A stretch of 64,000 nt of DNA from Oikopleura dioica (lineage: Eukaryota > Animalia > Chordata): NCBI GenBank assembly GCA_907165135.1, contig OU015568.1, positions 4,650,001 through 4,714,000 on the forward strand, in the 5' to 3' direction. Both the position numbers and the translations under genes were made by a program. The notes under the pieces were generated by a model. The model was not told the origin of the DNA. It was given only the letters and a program-made list of their open reading frames with translations, and searched no databases. Shown piece after piece: positions 25,292-36,900 of the stretch. Each line of letters opens with the position of its first letter. The first letter of the stretch is position 1.

Positions 25292-25701
25292 GTTTCTCTG
25301 CTTTTTCTCTATTTTGCTTTGAAAATTTGGAATTTTATGATTTTTTGAGCATGTGATTTGTCGATTTCGCAAGTCCGAAGCGAAACTTCGAGACGAGTTT
25401 ATTTACTGGACAGGATTTACGGTGCCAAGAGTGATTTTACGGGGGACAATTCAAATATAGGGTCGATTTGTTTGTTTTAATTTTGATTTTTTTCGCGGTT
25501 GGATTCATCAAAACAGGGGTTTATTTCTTAAAATGCATGTTTTTTGCCAATTTCAGGGTGCTTTTCCGTGTTTTCAAGGAAAAAAGAAAGACCAAATAAA
25601 AAACAAAATAAAATCCTCTCTGTGAAAATATTTGATCAACACCCACTTTAGTTTTCTTCCTAAAAAAACTGTAAATACCAGTAAAAAACAGAGAAAGAAA
25701 C

Positions 25702-28230
25702 ATGTCTCCGGAAGATATCAGAGGATCAATAATCGTTCTCGCTTTATACACTCTTCAAGGTTTTGCTCTCGGAGTGGTTATTTGCGTGCCATTGGTGCTC
25801 AACTCCATGGGTGTTAAAATGGAGGATCAGGCGATTTATAGTTTCGCCCTGTACCCATTTTCGCTGAAAATCATTTGGACACTGGGCCGGCATCCTGTAC
25901 AGAAAACCTGAGTCAGGGTCTAAAAGATCTTCTCTAGAAGAAAATTCTAGCGAAGCCGCCGCGCGGCTACAAATTTAATAAAGCCGCTACGCGGCTTTTC
26001 ATTGAAAATCTTTTAGACCCTGAGTCAGGTTTTCTATACAGGCTGCCGAGCCCAGTTTTGGCGCCGATTGTGGACTCAATTTCTTTTGGAAAATTTGGAC
26101 TGAGAAAAGCATGGATTTTCGTGGCTCAAATTTCTGTTGGGCTTCTTTTTCTTCTTGCGAGCTTTTGGTTTGAAAATTTGGTGGAAAGCGGTGATATTGC
26201 GATTCTAGCGGCGATTTTCTTTATGACTGTTGCGATGATAACTGTACAGGACATTTCAGTCGATGGCTGGGCCTGTTCTTTGCTCAGTCAGGAATATGTT
26301 GGAATGACGGCGAATTTGCAACTCACCGGGCAATTGATTGGGCTGACAAGTTACAATGTCTACTTTGAGTTTTTTGATGAAACGATTGGGTACATGATCT
26401 TTTTACGGTACGTTGGAGCGATTTTTCTTTGCGCTACGGTAGCTGTCTTATTCATTGTGAAAGAAAAACGCGAAAAAACAGCGAATTCATGGAACGATGT
26501 TGGAAAATCATACTTGAGCATCTTCAAACTCCTCAAACTCAAGCCAATGATCCTCTTAGCAATTTTCTGTCTCACGTACAAGATCGGTTTTCCTCTCGAT
26601 GGGGAAACCTTTGTGCTGAAAATGCGAGCTCGTTGCGTTGAAAAGAAAATCTTCGCAAGAGTGAGTTTTATTATGAAATTTTTCGACATTGCTACCGCCG
26701 CCTTTTTGGTGAAATACACAAGAAAAAACTCCCTGGTTACATTTTTATACGCTTACCCATTCTATATGGTTGCAACTTGTGGAAATGGAATCATGGTCTT
26801 TTTTGCAGAAGAACGAGTCATGGGCTCGGAAAGCTGAGTAAAAAACCTGAGTCAGGCTTTGAAAAATCTAATATTCAAAGCCGCGTAGCGGCTGACTCAT
26901 TGACGAAGCCGCAAAGCGGCTTTTCGAGTACACCTATTTAAATCGATGTTAGAACTCTGGCAAAGCCGCTTCGCGGCTTCGTTTTTGAAAAAGCCGCTAC
27001 GCGACTTTTCATTCTTGCCTTTTCAGACCTGACTCAGGTTTTGTGCTCAGGTTGCCCAGCCCAGAATGAGAATGAGAGAAAAGCATGAGCGAGCGTCATT
27101 ATCTCGGTGGGTGCACACTCTGACTCAATAAGATCAGAAGCTTGTATAAATAAGGAATGTTTTATCATGATTTGTTTTTATTACAATTGTTGAAATTACC
27201 AAAAAGAATTTTACTTTAGGCCTAATATAATGAGGTTAATATTTTTAAACACTTAGTTTTTTTTAGTACGAAAACTTTTATCTCTATAAAAAATGACATT
27301 AATAACTCCTAAAAAAGACAATAATTCAAACTTACTTTTGGCAATATTAAAAATGGGAGTCACTTAATTATCTTTAGTTGAAAATTTGGAAAAAAATACC
27401 ATGTGACCGAAAGGGCGCCTAAGATTATCATATTGTACAGAAGAGATTAATAAATATTATATTTTAGGTAAGTTAAATTATTGCTTTCGAGTTGAACTAA
27501 TGGTGAGTCTCATTTGGTAAGGCGCCCGCCTGTTTTGAATAGCTCCCCCGAGCTCTGTGAGCTCACAGCGCGTGCGGGGATGTTGCTTTTGAGGCACCTC
27601 ACAAGGTTTTCTGTGATAGTGGCGCCACCTCCCACACTCCCTGGGAGGTTTTTTCTCCGCGCGCAGGAGATCCCGCGCGAAACACGCGCCATTTTTCACC
27701 CTGGATGGAAATATTTTACTAGCGCTCATGGTTGTTAATTTAGCAACTTTACTCGCTCACCATGGTGTATATTTGAGTTCGCAGGGGTTTTTCTATTATA
27801 TTGCTGACGAATCGATGGGGGGAGTTTACATGACTCTTTGTAATTCATTGTTTAATTTGGGAACGATGTGGGTTGATACGGCTTCGCTGAAGATTCTCGG
27901 AGTTATGGATAGAAATTTGGAGATTGAGGAGGACTACTGTAAGAAATATGGAAATGGGACTGGCGTTTATGATCCAAAAGGTAAAAGAACAGCTTTTTAC
28001 TTGATAATCATCATCAATGATCTTCGATTATTTGATCTTAAAGTGCTCTAGAATCGCCATTTACTGGCTGGGACAACTTCTACTATCTTTGTATTTTCTC
28101 CTTGATTGCAGGCACAACTTGGTACGCTATATTCTTCAACAGAGTCAAACAGCTTCAAAAAACTCCAGTCGAAGAATTTCGTTTGGAGAAGAAAAGTGAA
28201 ATCTTTTTGAACGAAAATGACAATAAATAA
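25702..28230 (+). CDS. SLC33A1: Acetyl-CoA transporter 1-like MFS protein (paralog B), interrupted by two insertions of unclear splicing
   Basis: Colinear with paralog A over its full length and intact apart from insertions at 25879-26060 and 26824-27704. Confidence 0.8.
25881..26056. mobile_element. Hairpin MITE, CCTGAGTCAGG family (copy 4), inserted at the conserved W|APIVD
   Basis: ACTGGG...CCCAGT TIRs; TTTGG repeated on both flanks. Confidence 0.85.
26821..27064. mobile_element. Hairpin MITE, CCTGAGTCAGG family (copy 5)
   Basis: TGGGCT..CCTGAGTCAGG, four AAGCCGC/GCGGCT hairpins, CCTGACTCAGG..GCCCA. Confidence 0.85.
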
Positions 28231-28236
28231 TTTCTT

Positions 28237-29487
28237 TTATTCTTTGCAAAAGTTTTCATCGACAATCAGCATTGGCGCATGATCAAGGCGCAAGTTGAGC
28301 CCGGTATCGTAGACGATAGAAGAGGTGAGTTCGAATGGTCCGGTCGTGATTCGCTCAAGTTTGTTGTACCCAACAAAAACTGCTTCAAGAAGATTTGTCG
28401 CAGAAATGTTCAGAGCGGGGGCTCGAAGTTTCCCAAGCGTGTCCCATCTGTATACGAATTCGCCACTTGGGAGGTCAATAAAATCAAGGCGATAGATAGT
28501 TTTGTTGTTTTCCGTATCGGTAATGATCACAATTCCTCGAGGATCAGAAACGAGCGCGTGGCCTGAAAGCGCGTGGACAGGAAAGTTCGATCCGAGATTT
28601 GAATACCAGCCGGTCTCTTCGACGTAAATTTCCGTGAATCCATGGCACTCTCGCTCTTCCCCCTCGCCATCGCAGCCGCCTATTGTGACCAATTCATTCT
28701 CGTAGACGACGAGATCGGCCCAGTCATGACCCCTTGTCGTTTCATGAGCGACGATTTCTTGGCGAACTCCATCGAAAGTCATACACTGATTCGCTCGGCC
28801 TTCTTTGCCGTCGAAACATGTCCAGATTTTGCCGTTGTAAGCAGCGCAAGATCCAAACATACCCCCGTGAAATGGAAGCTCGAGAGTTGTAGATTGGCGG
28901 GAGACTTTGCAATCCTCTACTTTTGCGACTCCACTTAATTTTCAAAGTTAAATGCCTCTCAATAAAATAGTCTTACTTTGGATTGAACCAGCCACCAATA
29001 AGCCAATGCTCTCCATTGAGCATCACGTAACAAGAATCCTCTTAAAACTTCTCTTCAAATCATCAAAGACTTTCTTTCTCACCGATGTCGAATTCGTTGA
29101 CCTGGTAGTCAAAGTTGCGGTAGTCGATTTCCTCTGTGTAAGAGTTCCAGTGCATTCCCTTGTTCCATTCCGACATTCGCCCATCAATGATTAACAAATG
29201 ATGGAGGGGAGAATTGCAAATTGAATTCGGGCAGTTTTGACAACCATCAGGACATCCTAGCGAAGAAAAGCTTGATGCTAGTAGCGAGAAGGAGAACAAC
29301 CTGAGTAGCAAGGGCAAGCGTTGACACAATCGAGCCATTGTCCCTGACATCGAGATGTGCAGTTTGGATCATCACAGATCTCTTGACACTTATCAAGTTT
29401 TAGTTGGCAGTTGTCTGCGCATATCTTCCCCAAATCCGCATCGACGCATTTAAAATTTAAGCCTTCAGTAAGAAATTCTAGAGCCAT
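28237..29487 (-). CDS. Cys-rich N-domain + kelch/beta-propeller-like protein (paralog 1)
   Basis: C-x3-C..CPCYSGCPDGCQNC.NSIC, then SCYVMLNGEHWLIGG, GSCAAYNGKIWTCFDG, LVTIGG repeats ending FCKE*. Confidence 0.8.
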
Positions 29488-29588
29488 ATCTCTCAAATCG
29501 ACAATGTTTGAAAACGGAGAAGAAAAAAAGCCGCAGCATGGGAAAAACTCATCATGCTATCTGTTAACTAAATAAACCTCTTTTTATT

Positions 29589-32500
29589 TCATTTGCAGAA
29601 ATTTTCATCGACAATAAGCATGGGCGCGTAATCAAGGCGCAAGTCGAATCCTGTTTCGTAAACGATTGAAGAGCTGATTTCTCGATCTCCGATTGTTATT
29701 CGCTCGAGTTTGTTGTATCCAACAAAGACAGCATCGAGAAGGTTTGTTGCGGAAACGTAAAAAGCAGGTTCTTGAAGTTGACCAAGGGTGTCCCATCGGT
29801 ACACGAATCCTTCGCCATTCGGGTTGTCGATGAAGTCAAGTCGGTAAACAGTGTTGTCGTAGCTTGTGTCAGTAATGATGACGATGCCCCGGGGGTCGGA
29901 AACGAGGGAATGGCCTGTTACAGAGTTGTTCTTTTCAGACAAATAAAATCACTCTCGAATCTGGGGCATTTATAAAACTTTATGCTTTGATTGGTAAATG
30001 TCAGCTGCTCGAATTTGCAGCGGACAAACGAGTTTAATATTTATTCATCACTGATTTGACCTTAAAAAGCGGCACAATATCGATCTTCACGAACTCCCAA
30101 CAGTTCAATGATTTTGGTTCAGTTTCTACTATTTTGCCAAGTTTCTCTTGGCTCAAGAGCTCGTCCTGGGTTCAACAGACGATTTCAAGAGAACAATGAT
30201 CAAAAGACTAAAAACGAGAATGTTTCAATGACGGCCTTTAAAACTTGCCTGTAAGAATTTTTTTCGATTTGGATCCCTTAATTTTTAACTTTGGCTTTTC
30301 TTTCAGCGATGCCGACTTGCAAGCAGAATGTGATGCACTGTGCCGAGCCGAGTACAATCGATGCCGGCTGCTTTGCGAGACGGAGTATTGCCAGTCAATT
30401 TGCGATCGAGAGTACCAAAGTTTGAATCGAATTAATAACATAGTTTCAGAATTTTTCTTAGTTTGCCGGGACAACTGCCCTTGCGGAGCGAATTGCGAGG
30501 ACGGATGCATCAACTGCGACAGTTCTTTTTGCCCAACAACGACGACAATAGTGACAACAACAACGATTGATCAGAATATGCCCGTTAGTCATCCTGCGTC
30601 TCTTGATACTAATTTTGATACTTTTTTAAGAGTTATGTGCATATCTTGGTCTTTGGTTATGAAGATTTGGGAGACTCTTACATTTTCTCTGGAGATGGAC
30701 TAACGAAAAGCTCGCCGAATATTTTCGCTCCTCAAACGGATTATATGAAAAAAAGCGTTTCTGCCATAGTCAAAGGAGAAATGTATATTTTTGGTACATA
30801 CCAAGATGATCAAAAGGTATACCGTTTATTTCTCAGAATGTAGGAAAACCCCAAGTTAGATCGCGAAAATGATCGGTTGTTCTATAAATGAACTGCCCAT
30901 TCGATTGGTTAACCAATTCTCGTATGGCGCAGCTGCAATTGACATTGATGACGGAGAAAGAGGTAGAAATTTTTTTTCTGCTTTTTTCAACGATTTTAGC
31001 GTTAATCTGTCATGCTTTTCCCAAGCCGGATTACAACAGCGAAGAAAACAGAAATTGCGATATCTTCGACACAAAAAGCGCAATTCAGACTCATTCAATG
31101 CAATATCCCCATTGGTACGGCGGTCTTGGATATTATCAAGGACAACCGACGACCGTATCAGGCGATGGTTTCGATGGATGGCAAAAGGTCGAGACTTACA
31201 ATGAATCTACTGGTTGGACAAGCCTTGCGGATCACCCACGGATCGCTGCTGGCCATACTCTTACTGGACTGGAAAGTGGAGCCATGCTTATGGTAGGTGG
31301 ATTTGAATTCGATTGGGAAACTCGAGACATTTGGCTGCTAAAAGAAGATATATGGACGCTCATTGGCGAGCTCAAAGAGGCGAGATAGGAATTTTGAAAA
31401 GAAAGACATCATTACTTTAGTATAATGAATATGGCTCGGCCTTGAAAATCGGCGACTATATCTACGTCGTCTCTGGTGTAGCGGACGATTCTAACGGATT
31501 ACATCCAGTTGAAAGAATCCAACTCGTCAGTGACGAAGAGATCAAAACAGAAGTCATCGGTGCACACGATTTTTTGAGCTACACGCCAGTAATTCTCGAG
31601 GCAACTGCTGATTTCTGCGTTTAAAGACTCACATCAAGTGATTTTACGCTGATTCTCTACCATTTTGTCTTCAATAAATAGGTCCTTCCGAAATCAAATA
31701 GTACTTGAATCATAACTCTTGCCTGTAAGCTCGTGTACGGGAAAGTTTGATCCATAGTGAGAAACCCAGCCGTGTTCTTCGTCGTAAATTTCGGTCAATC
31801 CGTGGCACTCGCGCTCATCCCCACCGTCGCCATCACAGCCGCCCATTGTGATCAACTCATTCGTAAACTCATTTTCGTAAACGACGATATCCGCCCAGTC
31901 GTGGCCCCTCGTCGTTTCTTGAGCGACGATTTCTTGGCGAACTCCATCAAAAGTCATACACTGATTTGCTCGGCCTTCTTTGCCATCGAAGCAGGTCCAG
32001 ATTTTGCCGTTGTAAGCAGTGCAAGAACCGAACATACCCCCGTGAAATGGGTATTCAAGACTTGCAGATTGGCGAGTGATTTTGCAATCTTCTACTTTTG
32101 CGACAGCACTAGAATTTTATCTCTCATATTTCACGGTGTAAGTCTTACTTTGGATAAAACCAACCACCGATGAGCCAATGCTCCCCGTTAAGCATTGCGT
32201 AGCAGGTATCCTCTAAAATCATTTTTGAAATCAACAAGAAAAATCTCGCCTACCAATATCAAATCCGTGGTTAAATTGATAAGCAAAATTTCGAAAGTCA
32301 ACTTCTTCCGTGTACGAGTTCCAGTGCATTCCCTTGTTCCATTCTGACATTCGCTCATCGATGATAAAGAGGTGATGGAGGGGAGACGCACAAATCGGGT
32401 TCGGGCAGTTTTCGCAACCATCGGGACATCCTTATTTCGATTAAACTGGGCTACTTTTTGGGAGAAAACCTGAGTAACATGGACAGGCAGCGAGGCAATC

Positions 32501-32630
32501 GAGCCATGTTCCTTGGCATCTTGATGTGCAACTCGGATCGTCACAGAATTCGAGGCATTCATCAAGTTTTACTTGACAATTATCAGCGCATATCTTTCCA
32601 AGTTCGACGTCTACGCATTTCAAATTCAAG
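29589..32630 (-). CDS. Cys-rich/kelch-like paralog 2; last exon beyond a 1.8-kb GC-AG intron; 5' end uncertain
   Basis: Near-identical to paralog 1; exon ending VHELTG (31723) splices in frame to GHSLVSDPRG (29914). Confidence 0.75.
30108..31624 (+). CDS. Cys-rich/kelch-like paralog 3, nested antisense in the intron of paralog 2
   Basis: Signal peptide MILVQFLLFCQVSLG, CPCGANCEDGCINCDSSFC, Thr-rich linker, kelch-like GG repeats, ends ADFCV*. Confidence 0.8.
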
Positions 32631-33269
32631 GTGTCGTTAAAAATTCTAGTGGCATTCTCTCAAGTCGGTGAAAATTGAAACTTTGAGAGGGTAAAGAGCA
32701 TCAGCATGGGAATTAAGGGGGTAGAACTAGGATTTTCGAAAATAGCCAATTCTAGACCGGCGCTCAAAGCCAGGCAAGCTAAGATATTCAAATTCTCTCT
32801 TCAGCTGAAGATAGAGCAAACTTAGATCTAACAACATTTTTCTTAAAAAATTTTTCGTCAACAAATTTTGGCGGTAGAGAGCGAAACACCAACCTATCTC
32901 ATCGAAAATCGCCATTTTAGCCTATTCGCGTCCTCAAATTTCTCGAGTCACGTGACTAGTAAAATTTTTAACTTTCATTTTTTGATAGTTTAACGCTTTT
33001 TCTAGCAACATCTATGAGGAAATTTCGTTAACATAAGTAAAAACAGGTTTTTCTTCTTTAAAGGGGCTCTCAAAATTCACTGATTTTCGAAAAATCTAGT
33101 TCTACCCCCTTAAGTAACCTGCTAACTGTATAAATAAAGCCAAAGTTTGGAAATTCTTGAAGGTTAAGATTTGAAAAGTAAAGTCAATAATTTATCAATA
33201 ATCGTGAAAATGATCATAACTCAGCGGATCCATTTTCATTTATTAGTCAAAAATTCCTCAACAGAATGA

Positions 33270-35880
33270 AAATCTGAAGTCTTCATCCGGAAAGAGGCGT
33301 TTTCATGTCAAGTTTTGCGCTCGCACTAAGGAAAGATTTAAGAATAATTCTTAATATTTTATTTATTACTGGATTTCTTCCCTTGCCACATTGTTGTCGC
33401 CATTGAGGACTATTATCCGGCCGCTTGAGTTTTTGAGCTTCCGTCCGAGCTTCCGCCCGAGCTACCTTTTGGCATTCTAAATGTCATATTAACGTTAATA
33501 AAACCAATCAATTATGTTCGATATAAGCAAAGATCATTTTGGTGCATGCTCAGCGAATTTGAAGTAGTCATGATAGTAGACGAAGTTCTGGATGTGTTTA
33601 GGAAGTTTCTTTTTGTAGCATTTTTCATACAGAACCTTCATAAAATGTTGACAATTTCTATTATTCCAACTTAAAAGGAATTTCGATTACAAACTCATTA
33701 ATTTCTTAACCTGTACTTTTGGCCGTCCAAGTTTTTGCATCTCAACAAAAGTGTCGAAAAAAAGTTCTTTTAATTGTTTCCTCTCTTCTGGGTCTTTAGG
33801 TAACTTCGCAACTTTATGAAGAGCTTGGAATAAAATTGGTTAAAAAACAATTGCGGTTATTTTCTTACGATATTCGTACCATTCAACAAGTGGATCGTTT
33901 TTTCGAACATCTGAAAATCAATAATTTCAGATTATTTTTAAGGGTAATGGTATACATCGGGAGGCGCCGCTCGCTCGATCCACGCTCCGCAAGAACCTAT
34001 TTCTCACGAGGCCGTAAAATCTGAACGGATCAAGATTTTTTCGAGATTTAAACAGATTCGGAATCCTCAAAGTCTCTTCTATAAACTGATGGAAAATTGA
34101 AACAATTGTCAAAGAGAAACAATGTGAAAAGTGCCAGTTTCCTTCAAATGACATTTTCTCCTGAATTTCTCATCCAATTTTTTGAAAATTAGACTGTCTT
34201 GTAGAGAATCGTCAGCTCTACAATTCCTGTTTTTCAGATTTCTTTTTTAAGCTTTTATTAATTTTACATCGCAATTTGTAAAGAGCGCTACTTCTTCTCG
34301 CGCCTCTCCGCTGCATATTTCTCGCGCCGCACTTGGTTTGAGGCTAGAAGACATAACTTTTGAAGGCCCAAATGAAAATTCTGAAAAACAGGAATTGTAG
34401 AGCTGACGATTCTCTACAAGACAGTCTAATTTTCAAAAAATTTGGATGAGAAATTCAGGAGAAAATGTCATTTAAAGGAAACTGGCCTTTTTCACATTGT
34501 TCCTCTTTGACAATTGTTTCAATTTTCGATCAGTTTATAGAAGAGACTTTGAGGATTCCGAATCTGTTTAAATCTCGAAAAATCTTGATCCGTTTAGATT
34601 TTACGGCCTCGTGAGAAATAGGTTCTTGCGGAGCGTGGATCGAGCGAGCGGCGCCGCCCCGATGTATACCATTACCCTTAAATCATACCGATTCTTATCA
34701 TTTCGGCGCCATTATCATTGTAATAATATTTCATTGGGTAGATTATAAGAGCAACGTGACTATTCCAATCGCTCCTCGAGAAAAAGGCGCCGATATGAGC
34801 GAACCAGTTGCCGATCCATTGATGATTTCAAAAAAATTTCGCGGGCCCGGAAATCGTCAAAAACTTCTTGTCTAGTTTTGTAGAGCTCGTCGAGAGGAGT
34901 CGAATGATGTATCAAACTCCTGATAGTTTTAAGATTTTCCGTCAAAATAAGTGATAAGAAGGTGTCTTATCAAAGATTTTCTGACCAGCGCCGTTTTTGT
35001 TCTAGAAAAGCTGAGGTCATGCTTGACCCCGGAAAATGATCCTCATGATCTGTTCTATTACAGCAAAAATTTCAGCTCATGCATACGTATCCTGCTGTCC
35101 TTATCAGCGAAAAATCAAAAAATAGTGCATTTTGTTGTCGCTGCACGTTCCTAATTTCTGGAAGATTTCCAGTCCCATTCTCCTTGGAAAATGAAATTTA
35201 ACGATAAACTCGGCTGGGTATATGATGACGGGCTGAAATTTTATGCTGTAATAGAACAGGTCATGAGGATCATTTTCCGGGGTCAAGCATGACCTCAGCT
35301 TTTCTAGAACAAAAACGGCGCTGGTCAAAAATCTTTGATAAGACACCTTCTTATCACTTTTGGCGGAAAATCTTAAAACTATCAGGAGTTTGATACATCA
35401 TTCGACTCCTCTCGACGAGCTCTACAAAACTAGACAAGAAGTTTTTTGACGATTTCCGGGCCCGCAAAAATTTTTTGAAATCATCATTCTTCAGTCATCT
35501 TAATACTTTTAGCAACTATCAAATTAAAAATATTACGAAAATATAGTCGTCGAGCTCATCGACGTATTCCTTGATGTGATAGTTTCTCTCAATTTTTCGT
35601 TTATTATTCTCGCCTGATGAAGGCATTTTTATGAGAAGTTTCCGCGCTCTCAGCAGATCTTTAAATAGGTAGTTTGTTTATAGTACAAACACAAGAAAAA
35701 TGAAAAATGAAGCAAAACGAAGGGCCTGCCTCAAAGCAATGCCTTGGAAGATAAAACTCATTCGAAACAAATATCTGTATACCAATATACTGTAAGATTC
35801 TCAAGATACTTATGTACTTGAAAGTTCGGATAAGAATGCGTTGGAGCTCGCAACTCTGTTGCAAATTGTCTTATGTCTGA
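33270..35880 (-). CDS. Uncharacterised multi-exon gene carrying two foldback insertions; ends uncertain
   Basis: Exons ..YVDELDDYIF | MTEEWIGNWFAHIGAFFSRSDWNSHVALIIYPMKYYYNDNGAEMIRI (only after removing 34821-35485 plus one TSD) | DVRKNDPLVEWYEY | ALHKVAKLPKDPEERK.. Confidence 0.6.
33942..34677. mobile_element. 736-bp foldback element with ~300-bp TIRs and TTAA TSD (Kolobok-like non-autonomous)
   Basis: TTAA|GGGTAATGG...CCATTACCC|TTAA; removal leaves a 38-nt GTATG..TTCAG intron. Confidence 0.85.
34821..35485. mobile_element. 665-bp foldback element with ~255-bp TIRs and ATT TSD, inserted in a coding exon
   Basis: ATT|GATGATTTC...GAAATCATC|ATT; removal restores a long open exon. Confidence 0.85.
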
Positions 35881-36196
35881 TAAATTATTTCGGAAAGAGC
35901 ATGGGTTAAATATTAGCTGATCTTTTTAATTAACCATATAAACGAAATCGAATTCAGGGATTGCTCAATTGCAGGTGATCGGAGTTTCCGAAGATATTTC
36001 TTTTAACATTTTTAAAAGTTATCGTTTTCCAAATTGTCATAAATAGACAATACGCGCATTTGACAAAATCGTAAAATGTTTCAGACACAATGTGATCGTA
36101 CGCTTTCTCAGGATCATAAAAGAGCCTATTTCAAAGGAACCTAACATACTATTTGAAAAAGGCTACTTCGATTTTCATTATTTTCCAACAGAGAAA

Positions 36197-36900
36197 ATGG
36201 CGCTTTCCGATCGAGACTTGATTTTGGCGATCACTTTGCCGATCATTTTTGTTTTACTCGTGATTTTGATTGTTTTGCTGTCTTGCATTTGCTGCTGCAG
36301 GAAACATCTCTGTCTTCGGATTTCAAATCAATTACTAATTGACAATCAGGTTTTGAAAATATAATCCCTCGTTAATCCGACAAAAGCACTTGCACTAAAA
36401 GAACTTGTGGAAAAGGAGCATGTGGAACAAACTGCTGCGGGGGTTGCAAAGGATGCGGACCGTGCCCTTGCCTCGGCTGTGGCGGAAGCTGCTGCGGCTC
36501 TTGCTGCAAGAATGATGTTGAAGGTAAGCACACAGCAGGAATCAATCTATATATAAAAAGCGATCTACCCGGACTCCTCGGACAAAAACTCGAGCAGTGG
36601 CTCAAGCGACGATCTCTCCCTGAACATTGAAGAGCAAAAGGTCCACGTCGAATCGGGTTTCCCTGTCCATGAAGGTAAGGACTCCTATTTCAACAATATA
36701 TCTGTTTCTTTCCAGAATACGAAGATACAACGGTCGACACCACTTATGCCAAGAAACCAGAGCCAGTAACTCGACCAGAGGAAGCCTCAAAATACCGCTA
36801 CGCCTCCGAGTACAGTTACGATGTCCGAACTGTACATGGAGCAGAGCACGAAAATGTGACTGTAAATCAGAAACGCTCCTACACTCATTTTATCCACTAA
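36197..36900 (+). CDS. Single-pass membrane protein with cytoplasmic Cys/Gly-rich segment
   Basis: N-terminal TM LILAITLPIIFVLLVILIVLL; 86-nt GA-AG intron (36301-36386) joins it to CCCSTCTKRTCGKGACGTNCCGGCKGCGPCPCLGCGGSCCGSCC; two further GT-AG introns; Tyr-rich tail. Confidence 0.75.

Noticed and set aside
34240-35231. Host exons bracketed by inverted repeats (circRNA-type arrangement)
   Set aside because: Both inverted-repeat pairs have TSDs and their removal restores the host gene, so the loops are element-internal rather than original host exons.
34760-35346. ORFs 34760-34945, 34951-35154 and 35104-35346 as genes
   Set aside because: They lie largely in the arms and loop of the foldback element; the flank is better explained by the restored exon in another frame.
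36346-36531. Ala-rich ORF (and its plus-strand Ala-rich counterpart)
   Set aside because: Shadow frame of TGC/TGT/GGC-rich Cys/Gly codons of the 36197-36900 gene.
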